A DNA stretch of 51,932 bases from a virus (taxonomy: Duplodnaviria; Caudoviricetes). The translations under genes were made by a program, and so were the position numbers. The stretch is from IMG/VR virus record IMGVR_UViG_3300035002_000025, positions 1-51,932 of that record. One strand, 5' to 3'. Below the pieces are notes generated by a model that was given only the letters and a program-made list of their open reading frames with translations, had not been told where the DNA came from and made no database searches. Positions 1 through 8,183 of the stretch are shown in pieces. Position 1 is the stretch's first letter. Every line of letters begins with the position of its first letter.

Positions 1-1086
1 CTATCGTTTCCGGCCTGAGCCCCGCACCTTTCCACCCGGTGCGGGGATAGAAGTTGCCTGCACGTTCTTTGCCATCAGCGGCGCTGCGTCTCTCGCGAGC
101 TTCTCGCGGTTAGCCGAACGGGTGTAGAGCGAGGCCATCCCGCCACCGCTCCAGCCGAAGATCGCCTCCAGTTGGGCTACCGTCGCGCCGTTGTTGGCGG
201 CCCTGGTGGCGCCGGCCTTCCTGAGCCCGTGGGCTGACTTGCGAACGCCACCGGCGCGGCAGGCTTCCGAGAACCAGTTCCCGAACGCCTCTTTGGTCAT
301 CGGAGCGCCCTTCTCCCCTACGATGTAGGCGAGGTCGCCGGTCGGCCCCTTTTCAAGGGCAATCGAGAGGTCGGGCAGAATCGGGATTGCTACCTCGATG
401 CCCGTCTTCTCGGTTCGGAGACGAAGGATGCCGTCGCGAACGTGCTGCCGGCCTACGCGGACGGCATCGCCGCGCCGAAGCCCGGTGTAGAGCAGAAGGG
501 CATAGGCGACCCGCTGGCGCGTCCCCAAGGCCCACTTACGCTCGAAAGCGTCCATGTCCTCGTCGGTCCAGACCGGGAAGCCCTTGGTCTTGGAGGCCGG
601 TGGCTTCACGCCATCCGTGGGGTCGGCCTTAACTAGGTCCGCATCTACGGCCCATTGGAAGATGCCTCGCATGGTGTCGAGGAAGTGCCGGGCCTGAGCA
701 GGGGTGGCGCGGCGTCTGTCCCGCCCAGCGACGACTTCCTTGCGGCCGATTTTCTCGATGGACTGATGGCCGGCGGTTTCGAGAACCGGGCGCAGGATGT
801 TTTCCCGCTGCTTGCGGGTGGCGAGCGAAAGGCTCGTCCACGCTGAGCTGTCCCGGTAACGCTCGACAAGCCAGCGCAGCGAACCAGACGCCGCCTTGCT
901 GTTGTCGGTAGATGCCTTGCCTTCCAGCGCAGCTTGATAGGCCGCCTTGAACTGTGGGCTATCGTATTCGCCACGGATGCGGATGCGCGGTCCATCGCCC
1001 TTGCGGACGTACCAGACGGGGTTTCCGTGGCGGTTGATCTCCCGCAGGAGATAAGGCGGGCGAGGCTTGGGCATGCTGTCGATCAC
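1..1086 (-). CDS. int: Tyrosine recombinase / phage integrase
   Basis: Catalytic motifs TGLRRGD (R), EKTG (K), HGLRK (HxxR), IFGW, ASLYTR (Y); N-terminal arm-binding-like region. Confidence 0.96.
   Translation of the reverse strand: MIDSMPKPRPPYLLREINRHGNPVWYVRKGDGPRIRIRGEYDSPQFKAAYQAALEGKASTDNSKAASGSLRWLVERYRDSSAWTSLSLATRKQRENILRPVLETAGHQSIEKIGRKEVVAGRDRRRATPAQARHFLDTMRGIFQWAVDADLVKADPTDGVKPPASKTKGFPVWTDEDMDAFERKWALGTRQRVAYALLLYTGLRRGDAVRVGRQHVRDGILRLRTEKTGIEVAIPILPDLSIALEKGPTGDLAYIVGEKGAPMTKEAFGNWFSEACRAGGVRKSAHGLRKAGATRAANNGATVAQLEAIFGWSGGGMASLYTRSANREKLARDAAPLMAKNVQATSIPAPGGKVRGSGRKR
20..46. repeat. 9-bp perfect inverted repeat in int 3' end (candidate Int binding site or hairpin)
   Basis: CCCCGCACC (20-28), 9-nt spacer, GGTGCGGGG (38-46). 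Confidence 0.5.
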
Positions 1087-1271
1087 AACACGACCTCCTC
1101 GACCGGCTCAACAGCGCCCGCAGTGGATTGCGGGGACGCTGGAGCCGCAAAGGGCACCCACAGCACGGTATTGCCCACTCGCACCTCGACGCCCGGCGCA
1201 CCGGCCTGCCGCGCCGCGCGGATCACGCGGGCAACGTCAGCCTGTGTCAGGTTTGCCGGGGTGCGCGCCAT
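1083..1271 (-). CDS. Probable excisionase-like small protein
   Basis: MARTPANLTQADVARVIRAARQAG; directly upstream of int with 4-nt overlap; start moved to ATG 1271. Confidence 0.6.
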   Translation of the reverse strand: MARTPANLTQADVARVIRAARQAGAPGVEVRVGNTVLWVPFAAPASPQSTAGAVEPVEEVVL

Positions 1272-1272
1272 C

Positions 1273-1647
1273 TCAGCCCTCATCCTGTAGAGCTGCGCGG
1301 CCTGCTTCATCCGGCCGGTCCATTAAATCATCGAAAGTGAAGACCTTTTTGAGGGGCCACCACTTCCACCCTTGAGGATGGGTCTGCGGGCTTTCAGGCG
1401 CTTGAACACGGGCCGCGCGAAGATCGGGCGGCGGTTGAGGACCCGGCGGAATGGCCGGATCGATCAAGGCCGTCCACCCATCGCACTTGATGCAGTGTTT
1501 CGGGTCGTCTTTCACATCCCAAAGCAGATAGGCCGGTGCGGTATCGATCTCGAACCGATCCATCTGGCAATCGCCGGCCTTCGTCTGGAATTCCAGCGGC
1601 GCGCCGCAGTGGGCGCATGGCGCGTAAATGCTGTCGAAGAGTCCCAT
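1273..1647 (-). CDS. Hypothetical phage protein with two CxxC motifs
   Basis: MGLFDSIYAPCAHCG...CIKC; packed in leftward operon. Confidence 0.7.
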   Translation of the reverse strand: MGLFDSIYAPCAHCGAPLEFQTKAGDCQMDRFEIDTAPAYLLWDVKDDPKHCIKCDGWTALIDPAIPPGPQPPPDLRAARVQAPESPQTHPQGWKWWPLKKVFTFDDLMDRPDEAGRAALQDEG

Positions 1648-1911
1648 CTACCCCTCCACCATGGCCTTAAGGGAGAGGATGGCGGCGCGGCCGGACTCTT
1701 CAACGCCCAGGTTGCCCATGATCCCTAAGCCGCACTGGGCGCCTACGTGCATGGCCACGCCCTCATCCTCCGCAGCCGCTTCAAGGAAGGCGCGGATGGC
1801 GAGCCTGGATCGCTCGGTGTAGCGCCCGCGGTCATGCCGGCTTAGCGCGTCGAACGTGCGCCCATCAAAAGCAGCATCGGAACGCGCAGCCGCCTCTATC
1901 GCTTTGCTCAT
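1648..1911 (-). CDS. Hypothetical phage protein
   Basis: Abuts or overlaps both neighbours in leftward operon. Confidence 0.65.
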   Translation of the reverse strand: MSKAIEAAARSDAAFDGRTFDALSRHDRGRYTERSRLAIRAFLEAAAEDEGVAMHVGAQCGLGIMGNLGVEESGRAAILSLKAMVEG

Positions 1912-2171
1912 GGCTTGGGCTCCTTGCGGGCGATGAGCATGGCGTCGGCATATCCGTGGGCAGCCCTGGCAACCCGTTTCGCAAAAGCTTCTGCGGTTTC
2001 GCCCCGTCCGGGGACTGCTTTCGGATCAGAAAGCAAGGCGGCCATTGCCTGCCCAGCGAACCAGTCCCGCAGAGACATGCCCGGAGAGCCCTGCATGATG
2101 CCGCAACCCGTCACGGGATCGCGCTCGTCAGGGATCGGGAGAGCCGGTCCGCCGTTGGTAATCTCGCTCAC
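1908..2171 (-). CDS. Conserved hypothetical phage protein
   Basis: GGPALP...GMSLRDWFAGQAM...ADAML pattern typical of lambdoid early proteins. Confidence 0.75.
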   Translation of the reverse strand: MSEITNGGPALPIPDERDPVTGCGIMQGSPGMSLRDWFAGQAMAALLSDPKAVPGRGETAEAFAKRVARAAHGYADAMLIARKEPKP

Positions 2172-2214
2172 TTCGCGCTCCTGATAATCTTGCGGGCCTC
2201 GGTTTCGTCGCCTG

Positions 2215-2589
2215 TCATGGCGCTGACTTCTCGTATCGACCGGCGCGCCAGTTGAACTTCGTGCCCGCCGGCTTGTTCAGCTTCGACGGCTTCTTGATCC
2301 CCAGGTGGCGCTTGCGGATGCGGTCAATCTTGGCGCGCTCAGCAACGTCGGCTGCCGTCTTCTCGCGGTGCTTGTCGCGGAGGGCAGGGGCGAGGTTGGA
2401 TTCACGGTTCTCGCCACCGTTCGTCAGCGCGACGACGTGATCGCAGTCCCATGCGTCCGAAGGCATGATCTTGCGTTTGCTAATGTGGCAGACACCCTTG
2501 TGGCGCTCGAACACCCGGAGCCTGACGCGCGGGGGGATCGCGCTGTCTGGCGATGCGCCAATCCATTCCTCGACCTCGCGCCCGATCAT
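2215..2589 (-). CDS. HNH endonuclease
   Basis: DCDHVVALTNGGENRESNLAPALRDKHREKT. Confidence 0.85.
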   Translation of the reverse strand: MIGREVEEWIGASPDSAIPPRVRLRVFERHKGVCHISKRKIMPSDAWDCDHVVALTNGGENRESNLAPALRDKHREKTAADVAERAKIDRIRKRHLGIKKPSKLNKPAGTKFNWRAGRYEKSAP

Positions 2590-3092
2590 GCAGCCCTCGC
2601 GCGATCGAGCTCCCGGCGGTCGACGCCGATCAGCTCGGAAATGATATCGAGGACGGCTTCCTTGCTCGCCTGGAAGTCCTTCTTGCCCATAGCGCGTTCG
2701 GACTGGCTCTTGGCGGTGAAGCGGGTGACGGCGCAGCCCTCGACGGTGACAATCGAGAATTCGTCGATCGGCCGAAGGAACGCAGCGATATCCCGCGCGG
2801 AAGCTGCCGAGCGCGCAATCAGCGTCTGGCTGTCGCAGTAGCCGGCCTTGATGAGGGCGTACTTGCGGAGGTGTTCCGAGGTCGGCAGGCGCAGTGCCCA
2901 GGATTCCGGGAGATTGTTATGGGCCTCCGCGACCGAGGCGAAATAGTGCCGGTGGCTGGCGGCAGAACGGTCCTCGCGCGGAACGAGCGTGTACGTCTCG
3001 CCGATGACGAAGTGACGATCGGCCAGCCGGGAGTGTGCCGGTACCATGGCTTCGCCGTCCCATTGAAAGACGAGGGGCGGAATCGACGTCAT
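2586..3092 (-). CDS. Phage recombination-associated protein (NinB/DUF1367-like)
   Basis: Start MTSIPPLVFQWDG at ATG 3092 overlapping exonuclease stop; RSAASHRHYFA...LRKYALIKAGY; lies between exonuclease and HNH. Confidence 0.6.
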   Translation of the reverse strand: MTSIPPLVFQWDGEAMVPAHSRLADRHFVIGETYTLVPREDRSAASHRHYFASVAEAHNNLPESWALRLPTSEHLRKYALIKAGYCDSQTLIARSAASARDIAAFLRPIDEFSIVTVEGCAVTRFTAKSQSERAMGKKDFQASKEAVLDIISELIGVDRRELDRARAA

Positions 3093-3718
3093 GCCGCCTC
3101 CCTTCGTTCGAACTTGTCGGAGAGGGCGCGGACCTTCTCGTCCAGTTCTTTCAGGAACGTGGCGACTTCGGAAAGCATTTCGGCGGTCAGTGCCGGATCC
3201 CGGTCGACGCGCTTCATGAATACCTGCATCGACAACGGCAGGCGTGGATCGAAGCTGACGAAGTCGCACCAGTCGCGGCCGCAGCACTCCATTTGCCAGT
3301 GCATCTGCAGGATGTAGCGGCGGTCGATTGAGCCGGAGAGCAGCGTTTCGATGTGGGTGGCCGTGGACGGACACTTGATCTCCAGCATACCGCGTTCGCC
3401 GACCAGGCCGTCAGGAGACGCTCCGGTCATTGCGACGGACGGATGCGGGATGAAGCCGACCTGGACCACGTCGGAGCCCGACAGGAATTCGTAGGCGGCA
3501 CGCGCCTCCGGCTCCTTGTCGTGGCCCCACTGCATGGCGGCGTTGGTGAATTTCTCGGCCGGCTCGCCAGTCAGGCGCTCGGCGATCAGTTCGGCCATGT
3601 AGTTGGCGCGCGAGGCGCCATAGCCCGTTTTCGTGCGGGCCATGAGGTCGCCCATGCGCGACGCGGTGACCTTGCCGCAGCGCTCTGCCAGCCATTCGGA
3701 GGTGCCTTGGGTGCTCAT
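3089..3718 (-). CDS. YqaJ / lambda-exonuclease family recombination nuclease
   Basis: QGTSEWLAERCGKVTAS, GASPDGL, LEIKCP, YILQMHWQM. Confidence 0.95.
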   Translation of the reverse strand: MSTQGTSEWLAERCGKVTASRMGDLMARTKTGYGASRANYMAELIAERLTGEPAEKFTNAAMQWGHDKEPEARAAYEFLSGSDVVQVGFIPHPSVAMTGASPDGLVGERGMLEIKCPSTATHIETLLSGSIDRRYILQMHWQMECCGRDWCDFVSFDPRLPLSMQVFMKRVDRDPALTAEMLSEVATFLKELDEKVRALSDKFERREAA

Positions 3719-4545
3719 GCCTTCTTCCTCCGGCTTTCGATGCCCGCTACGGCATCGCGGAAATTTTTCGCTGGGATGTCAGCAATCGACTTCACCCCAG
3801 CCCATTTGAGGAATTGGGCCTTGAGCGCCTCGGCGTTGGAACCGCCGACATCGTCGATGATCGCCTGGAGTTCTGCGACCTGGTCCTCGGTGATCATCTT
3901 GGAGGCGGGCGCCGGCTCGTTGCCGTCCCGGTCCTCTTCGCCGACGGCGATGTTGAAGATGCCCTTCAGCAGGTAGCGCGCGCCGTAGGACGCCGCCGCC
4001 CCGGTGGCGTGCGTCTTGGTCATGACGTCGCCGCCCTTGGCGCCCTTGCCGTCCGCAGGCATGTCCTTGCGATAGGTACGGGTGTGCCCGGCCTCGTGGG
4101 AGACGTAGCAGACGACACGGATGTGGTCGGGCTTCGGGCAGTCCTGCTCGTCAAAGCTCAGGGAGAAGCCGTGGCGCGTGTAGATCGGGCGCAGTTCTCG
4201 ATCGAGCTTGTCGTAGGTCGCGTATCGACTGCGCGTTTGCGGGTTGACGGCGTTCGCTCCGATGGGGCGCATCTCGGCCTGGGCTGATCGCATGGCCGCG
4301 GCGAACGCCCGCTCGGCCTCATCAGCGACCATTTCCTTCCGCATCCGGATCAGGCGTTCCATCTTGTCGAGATCGACGGCCGGATCGCGGGACGCTCGCT
4401 CGATCATGCTGATGATGGCGGCGGTTTCGGAGGGTGTAACTGCCGGCGCGGGCGAGACCACAGCGGTTGTCTCGACCGGGAGCGTGGACGAAGGTGCCGC
4501 GAGCGTGCTTACCTCGGTCGGCGAAAGTTCGATTGCGGACTGCAT
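3715..4545 (-). CDS. erf: ERF-family single-strand annealing protein
   Basis: NPQTRSRYATYDKLDRELRP, GAAASYGARYLLKGIFNI, EDRDG; paired with exonuclease. Confidence 0.9.
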   Translation of the reverse strand: MQSAIELSPTEVSTLAAPSSTLPVETTAVVSPAPAVTPSETAAIISMIERASRDPAVDLDKMERLIRMRKEMVADEAERAFAAAMRSAQAEMRPIGANAVNPQTRSRYATYDKLDRELRPIYTRHGFSLSFDEQDCPKPDHIRVVCYVSHEAGHTRTYRKDMPADGKGAKGGDVMTKTHATGAAASYGARYLLKGIFNIAVGEEDRDGNEPAPASKMITEDQVAELQAIIDDVGGSNAEALKAQFLKWAGVKSIADIPAKNFRDAVAGIESRRKKA

Positions 4546-4556
4546 CGGTTGGACCC

Positions 4557-4784
4557 TCAGAAAGGAATGCCGTCGTCGTCGGCACGAAAAGTGATCACGT
4601 CGAATTCGCGCTTCGCGATTGCTGCGACAGCCTCCAGCACGACGAAGAACGAACCGGGGTTCTCACGCGCCAGGCGCTTGGCCTCGCGCTCGGCGTCCGC
4701 CTTTGACCAATGCTGCTTGGTCGGGCAGCCGCGGCCGATGCCGTAGACCATCCAGAATTTGTCGGGCGCTCTATCGCAGTTCAT
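4557..4784 (-). CDS. Hypothetical phage protein
   Basis: MNCDRAPDKFWMVYG...AEREAKRLARENPG...DDGIPF; ATGA overlap. Confidence 0.65.
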   Translation of the reverse strand: MNCDRAPDKFWMVYGIGRGCPTKQHWSKADAEREAKRLARENPGSFFVVLEAVAAIAKREFDVITFRADDDGIPF

Positions 4785-4978
4785 GCGGCGAGTTCCTTCT
4801 TGAGACGTTCCGTCACGGCCTTGCGGCGGGCGAGGGCGGTAGAGGTGAAGCGGCCGGCGTGGTCGCGAGCCTTGGGCGGGATTGCCGCGATCTCCGGGCA
4901 GGTCCGGTGGACCCGTCGGCGAGCGCGCCAGAGCTTCCATCCCGTGACCACACGAACCATGAGGCGGTGGAAGGTCAT
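4781..4978 (-). CDS. Hypothetical protein
   Basis: MTFHRLMVRV...ELAA; ATGA-coupled at both ends. Confidence 0.55.
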   Translation of the reverse strand: MTFHRLMVRVVTGWKLWRARRRVHRTCPEIAAIPPKARDHAGRFTSTALARRKAVTERLKKELAA

Positions 4979-5067
4979 GTCCGCTCCGACTTGAGCCAGA
5001 GAAGGTACCGGGCGAGCGGCCACGCCTTCTCGGCGATAGCGGCATCGATGCGCTGGTCGAGGGTCAT
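4975..5067 (-). CDS. 30-aa hypothetical peptide (not in ORF track)
   Basis: MTLDQRIDAAIAEKAWPLARYLLWLKSERT; ATGA overlaps at both ends, AGGAGG upstream. Confidence 0.5.
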   Translation of the reverse strand: MTLDQRIDAAIAEKAWPLARYLLWLKSERT

Positions 5068-5297
5068 GCCGCCCTCCTGAGGATCGCGAGGGCCTGCCGG
5101 CGCTGCTCGACGAGGGACGTACTGTCCCGACGCGCCTTGCGGGCCATTTCCGCCGTGATCTCGGCGATCTGCTCGTCCGTGAAGAACGACAGTCCGCCGT
5201 GTTCTGCGATGACGCGGCCAAGCGCGCGGTCGAACTCGCGGAACTCGGCCGTGTCGTGGTCGTCGATGAACTTCTCCTGGCGGGCGCGAGTGCTCAT
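5064..5297 (-). CDS. Hypothetical protein
   Basis: MSTRARQEKFIDD...RRAA; ATGA-coupled. Confidence 0.6.
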   Translation of the reverse strand: MSTRARQEKFIDDHDTAEFREFDRALGRVIAEHGGLSFFTDEQIAEITAEMARKARRDSTSLVEQRRQALAILRRAA

Positions 5298-5695
5298 GCC
5301 GCCCTCGCCAACCGGAGGACTTCGCTGTTGCCGGGCGGGTCGATGACGACGCACGAGCGCTCGAAGAACAGCGCGCCGACGTCTACACCGAGCCCCCAAG
5401 GGCCGTAGTAGGCCGTGATGTCCTCGGCACCCTCGCCGCGAGCCCATGCCCGCGCAGCGTCCTCGCCATGATCGTTGGCGATGCATCCGAAGCACTGGTC
5501 CGCGAAGGAGCGGGAGAAGACGAGGAACGCCGGCCGGCCCTCGCGCAGGGCGCGCACGGCCTTGAACTGGTGGCCGGTGTCGAAGGACCGATCACCGATC
5601 CGCTCGGCGATCTCCCGCGAGGCCCAATCCTCGCAGCGATACATCGACAGAAGCTCTGCATTGGTCGGGTCGGGACGAAGGGGAGGGGGAAGCAT
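5294..5695 (-). CDS. Hypothetical protein, first gene of leftward early operon
   Basis: MLPPPLRPDP...; GGAGAG RBS; downstream of PL-like promoter. Confidence 0.6.
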   Translation of the reverse strand: MLPPPLRPDPTNAELLSMYRCEDWASREIAERIGDRSFDTGHQFKAVRALREGRPAFLVFSRSFADQCFGCIANDHGEDAARAWARGEGAEDITAYYGPWGLGVDVGALFFERSCVVIDPPGNSEVLRLARAA

Positions 5696-5719
5696 GGGCG
5701 CTCTCCGTTGATAGGAGGC

Positions 5720-5771
5720 ACCATAGAATGGGAATAATCCCACTGTCAATAGGATAATGGGAAATTACCCA
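5720..5771 (-). promoter_or_regulatory. PL-like sigma70 promoter with two repressor operators (OL)
   Basis: Minus strand TTGACA (5749-5744), N18, TATGGT (5725-5720); operators TGGGAATAATCCCA (5729-5742, in the spacer) and TGGGAAATTACCCA (5758-5771). Confidence 0.75.
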
Positions 5772-5843
5772 CGATAAGCGTTTATACGTATCCGAATCAC
5801 TTGGCGTCGGGACTCGACTCTCCGACCCGTTCCCGCAATATGT

Positions 5844-5858
5844 GAACGAAAGAAGAAC
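5844..5858 (+). promoter_or_regulatory. Alphaproteobacterial LexA (SOS) box
   Basis: GAAC-gaaagaa-GAAC, 24 nt upstream of ATG 5883. Confidence 0.8.
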
Positions 5859-5882
5859 ATTGGGGCCACGCAGGAGGACTGA

Positions 5883-6134
5883 ATGACCGATGCCGAGTTG
5901 ATCGAAGTGCATGGCGTAGCAGCTCGGTTCCGGCTCCATCTCAGGTGCGACTTCTGCCTGATCGACAGCGAGCGTGTCATCGACGTGCCGGCGGTCGAGG
6001 ATGCCCCCGAGGACATCGATAGCCTCATCGAGAGCGGCTTTCTGGGCCGCCAGAGGTTCCAGTGCAGCAAGTGCGAGAGCCCGATCGCAACCCTTGTCGG
6101 CGCAACGCAATTCCGTCGCCGAGACGCAGCGTAG
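5883..6134 (+). CDS. Small Zn-ribbon protein
   Basis: CDFC...RFQCSKC; AGGAGG RBS. Confidence 0.7.
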   Translation: MTDAELIEVHGVAARFRLHLRCDFCLIDSERVIDVPAVEDAPEDIDSLIESGFLGRQRFQCSKCESPIATLVGATQFRRRDAA

Positions 6135-6145
6135 GAGTGATGCAG

Positions 6146-6466
6146 ATGACGAGCGTGGTGACATTCAGGCCGGTGCCGAAAATCGGCGGCGCCAAGCGCG
6201 TGATGGACCGGGGCAGAGCGGAGGCCATGGCTGTCCAAGTTCTCGGCTACATCGCCTCAGACGACGACACGCTGGCCGCGTTCATTCACGCCAGCGGCTT
6301 CGATCCCAAAGGGCTCCGCAAAATGCCGCAGCGCGATCTGCTGGTGGGCGTGGCGGACTTCCTGATGGGATCAGACGACCTGATCCAGGAATATGCCGGC
6401 CGGATGGACCTCGACCCGAACGAGATCGCCACGGCGGCCCGCATTCTGTCACCCGTGCAGCACTAG
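6146..6466 (+). CDS. DUF3572-like protein
   Basis: AEAMAVQVLGYIASDDDTLAAFIHASG...LVGVADFLMGSDDLI; AGGAG RBS before ATG 6146. Confidence 0.75.
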   Translation: MTSVVTFRPVPKIGGAKRVMDRGRAEAMAVQVLGYIASDDDTLAAFIHASGFDPKGLRKMPQRDLLVGVADFLMGSDDLIQEYAGRMDLDPNEIATAARILSPVQH

Positions 6467-7182
6467 ATCGGCAGGTCGTTCGTCACTCGGCGCACGATCG
6501 CGATCACTTCCACGGTGCGCCCGTCGTCGGCGTGCAGATCCTTCTTGACCACGATCGGCTTGTGCTTCGGATTGGACGATCGCGGGCAGAACTCGATCCG
6601 GTCCTCGTAGAGCTCGACCTGCTTGATAGATCGCTCCCGGACATGGCCGCCGGCCAATGTCTGCTCAACCACGACCACCATGCCGTCCCGCAGCAGGAGC
6701 CGGCCGCGCAGGTCGTCGTAATCGATGCAGATGGCTCGGTCGCCCTCAAGGATAGGCCGCGGCTTGAGCGCGTTCATGCTGTCGCCGGCCACGTCGAAGT
6801 AGGCTTGGCGAGCGTCTGGAAATCGCCGGTCGCGGGGCTCGAATAATTCCTCGAAGTCGCCCTCGTCCTCGAACTCATCAACCCGACGGAACGCGCCTGC
6901 CTCGACCACGCCTGCTCGCCGCACCGGGACCAACTGCTCTGTCCCAGCAATGACCTGACTGTAATCAGGATCACGACCGTCCAGCGCGGCTGCAAGTTGC
7001 GGGGCTGTCCAGCGAAGCGCCCTGGCCAAGCCCATCATGCTCTTCTGCCGAACCGATTCCTTGCGCCCTTCTACGATGTCGCGAATGAAGGTCCGCTCGA
7101 TGCCGGCTTCGGTCGCGGCTTCGATCGGGCCTTGATTGATCTCCGCCAGGCGAGCGGACACGACTTCTCTGAGCGATGGCAT
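6463..7182 (-). CDS. cI: CI-like repressor (HTH plus S24 autopeptidase)
   Basis: N-terminal HTH, Ala-Gly site (VEAG), GDSM serine motif, SIKQ lysine; divergent from cro; start moved to ATG 7182 (possibly leaderless). Confidence 0.9.
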   Translation of the reverse strand: MPSLREVVSARLAEINQGPIEAATEAGIERTFIRDIVEGRKESVRQKSMMGLARALRWTAPQLAAALDGRDPDYSQVIAGTEQLVPVRRAGVVEAGAFRRVDEFEDEGDFEELFEPRDRRFPDARQAYFDVAGDSMNALKPRPILEGDRAICIDYDDLRGRLLLRDGMVVVVEQTLAGGHVRERSIKQVELYEDRIEFCPRSSNPKHKPIVVKKDLHADDGRTVEVIAIVRRVTNDLPI

Positions 7183-7187
7183 GGCGA

Positions 7188-7265
7188 TGGGGATAATCCC
7201 ATTCCGGCCGCGTGACGGCGAATGGGTAAAATCCCCTTGCAAAGTGGGAAAAACCCCACTATCAG
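7188..7265. promoter_or_regulatory. OR region: three operators and PR-like promoter
   Basis: TGGGGATAATCCCA (7188-7201), TGGGTAAAATCCCC (7223-7236), TGGGAAAAACCCCA (7245-7258); TTGCAA (7237-7242), N17, TATCAG (7260-7265). Confidence 0.8.
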
Positions 7266-7273
7266 TTCCGTGC

Positions 7274-7531
7274 ATGGAACAAGACCTGCGTTCTCACCTG
7301 CTTGCTTCCGCCGAGGCATTCATCGCCTCGAAGGATCGGATGTCCTTCACCACCGTCGGGCGGCTGGCCGCGGGCGACTGGCACTTCTTCATCCGCATCA
7401 GGGACGGTGCGTCGTTCACCGCCCGAAAGTACGACGAGGTCATGGCCTGGTTCTCCGGGAACTGGCCGAGTGACGCTGTCTGGCCGGCTGACGTGCCTCG
7501 CCCTCTCGCCCAACCGCAGGAGGCCGCATGA
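7274..7531 (+). CDS. cro: Cro-like protein
   Basis: MEQDLRSHLL...SFTTVGRLAAGDWHFF...WFSGNWP..WPADVPRP; divergent from cI. Confidence 0.8.
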   Translation: MEQDLRSHLLASAEAFIASKDRMSFTTVGRLAAGDWHFFIRIRDGASFTARKYDEVMAWFSGNWPSDAVWPADVPRPLAQPQEAA

Positions 7532-7641
7532 CCTCCGCTCTCATTGCCATCGGCATGCTGATTGGCGTCGGCATTTTCGGCGCAGTCCTCGGCATCATCG
7601 TGGACGCCCTGTCGCCCCCTCGCGTGAGGGGAAAGCGATGA
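7528..7641 (+). CDS. 37-aa single-TM peptide (not in ORF track)
   Basis: MTSALIAIGMLIGVGIFGAVLGIIVDALSPPRVRGKR; ATGA overlap with cro, GGAGG RBS. Confidence 0.55.
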   Translation: MTSALIAIGMLIGVGIFGAVLGIIVDALSPPRVRGKR

Positions 7642-7775
7642 TGCGGCTCCCGCCCGACTGCCCGCCTGTCAAGCCGCGTCCGTCGCGTGCTGGCGCGCCC
7701 TGGTGGGCATGGCCCATCGCCGTGCTGATCGCCGCTTTTGTCCCTTCGCTCATCGTCTGGGAGGTCATGCGATGA
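7638..7775 (+). CDS. 45-aa membrane peptide
   Basis: MMRLPPDC...WWAWPIAVLIAAFVPSLIVWEVMR; ATGA-coupled at both ends. Confidence 0.5.
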   Translation: MMRLPPDCPPVKPRPSRAGAPWWAWPIAVLIAAFVPSLIVWEVMR

Positions 7776-8074
7776 AACAATCCCGCGTTGCCAAGCTTCG
7801 CGAGGTCCGCCGGCTGCTCCGCGCGGGTTGGGCAGTCGCCGAAATCACCCGCACCGTCGGCATAGACGGCGGCCAGATCGCCAACCAACGCAAGTTGATG
7901 GCGCTGACCGACAGGGTTCGCTCCATGAGCGTCGCCGAAGCGGCCCGCGGTCTCAACAAGGGCCGCCACGGTCGCTTCAAGGGGCGGGCCGAAGTCTCCG
8001 GCGACCTCTGCGACATCTTCGCGGCCGGCGCGTCCCGGGGCGACCTGCGCTTCGCCTTCGCCGGCTCCGACTGA
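7772..8074 (+). CDS. Putative HTH protein
   Basis: LLRAGWAVAEITRTVGIDGGQIANQR; GGAGG RBS. Confidence 0.55.
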   Translation: MKQSRVAKLREVRRLLRAGWAVAEITRTVGIDGGQIANQRKLMALTDRVRSMSVAEAARGLNKGRHGRFKGRAEVSGDLCDIFAAGASRGDLRFAFAGSD

Positions 8075-8183
8075 CGGAATCTCAAACCCCCGCTCCACCG
8101 CGATACGCGCAACCAGTCTCGCGGCGAGCTCGGAAATGTGTGCAACGCGACCCAACGTACTCATAGGCCGAAGGAATTGCCCG

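Noticed and set aside
5974-6846. 290-aa plus-strand ORF
   Set aside because: Overlaps three better-supported genes; Arg/Ala-rich shadow composition
7183-7275. N-terminal extension of CI in the ORF track
   Set aside because: Would span all three operators and the PR promoter; ATG 7182 is more plausible
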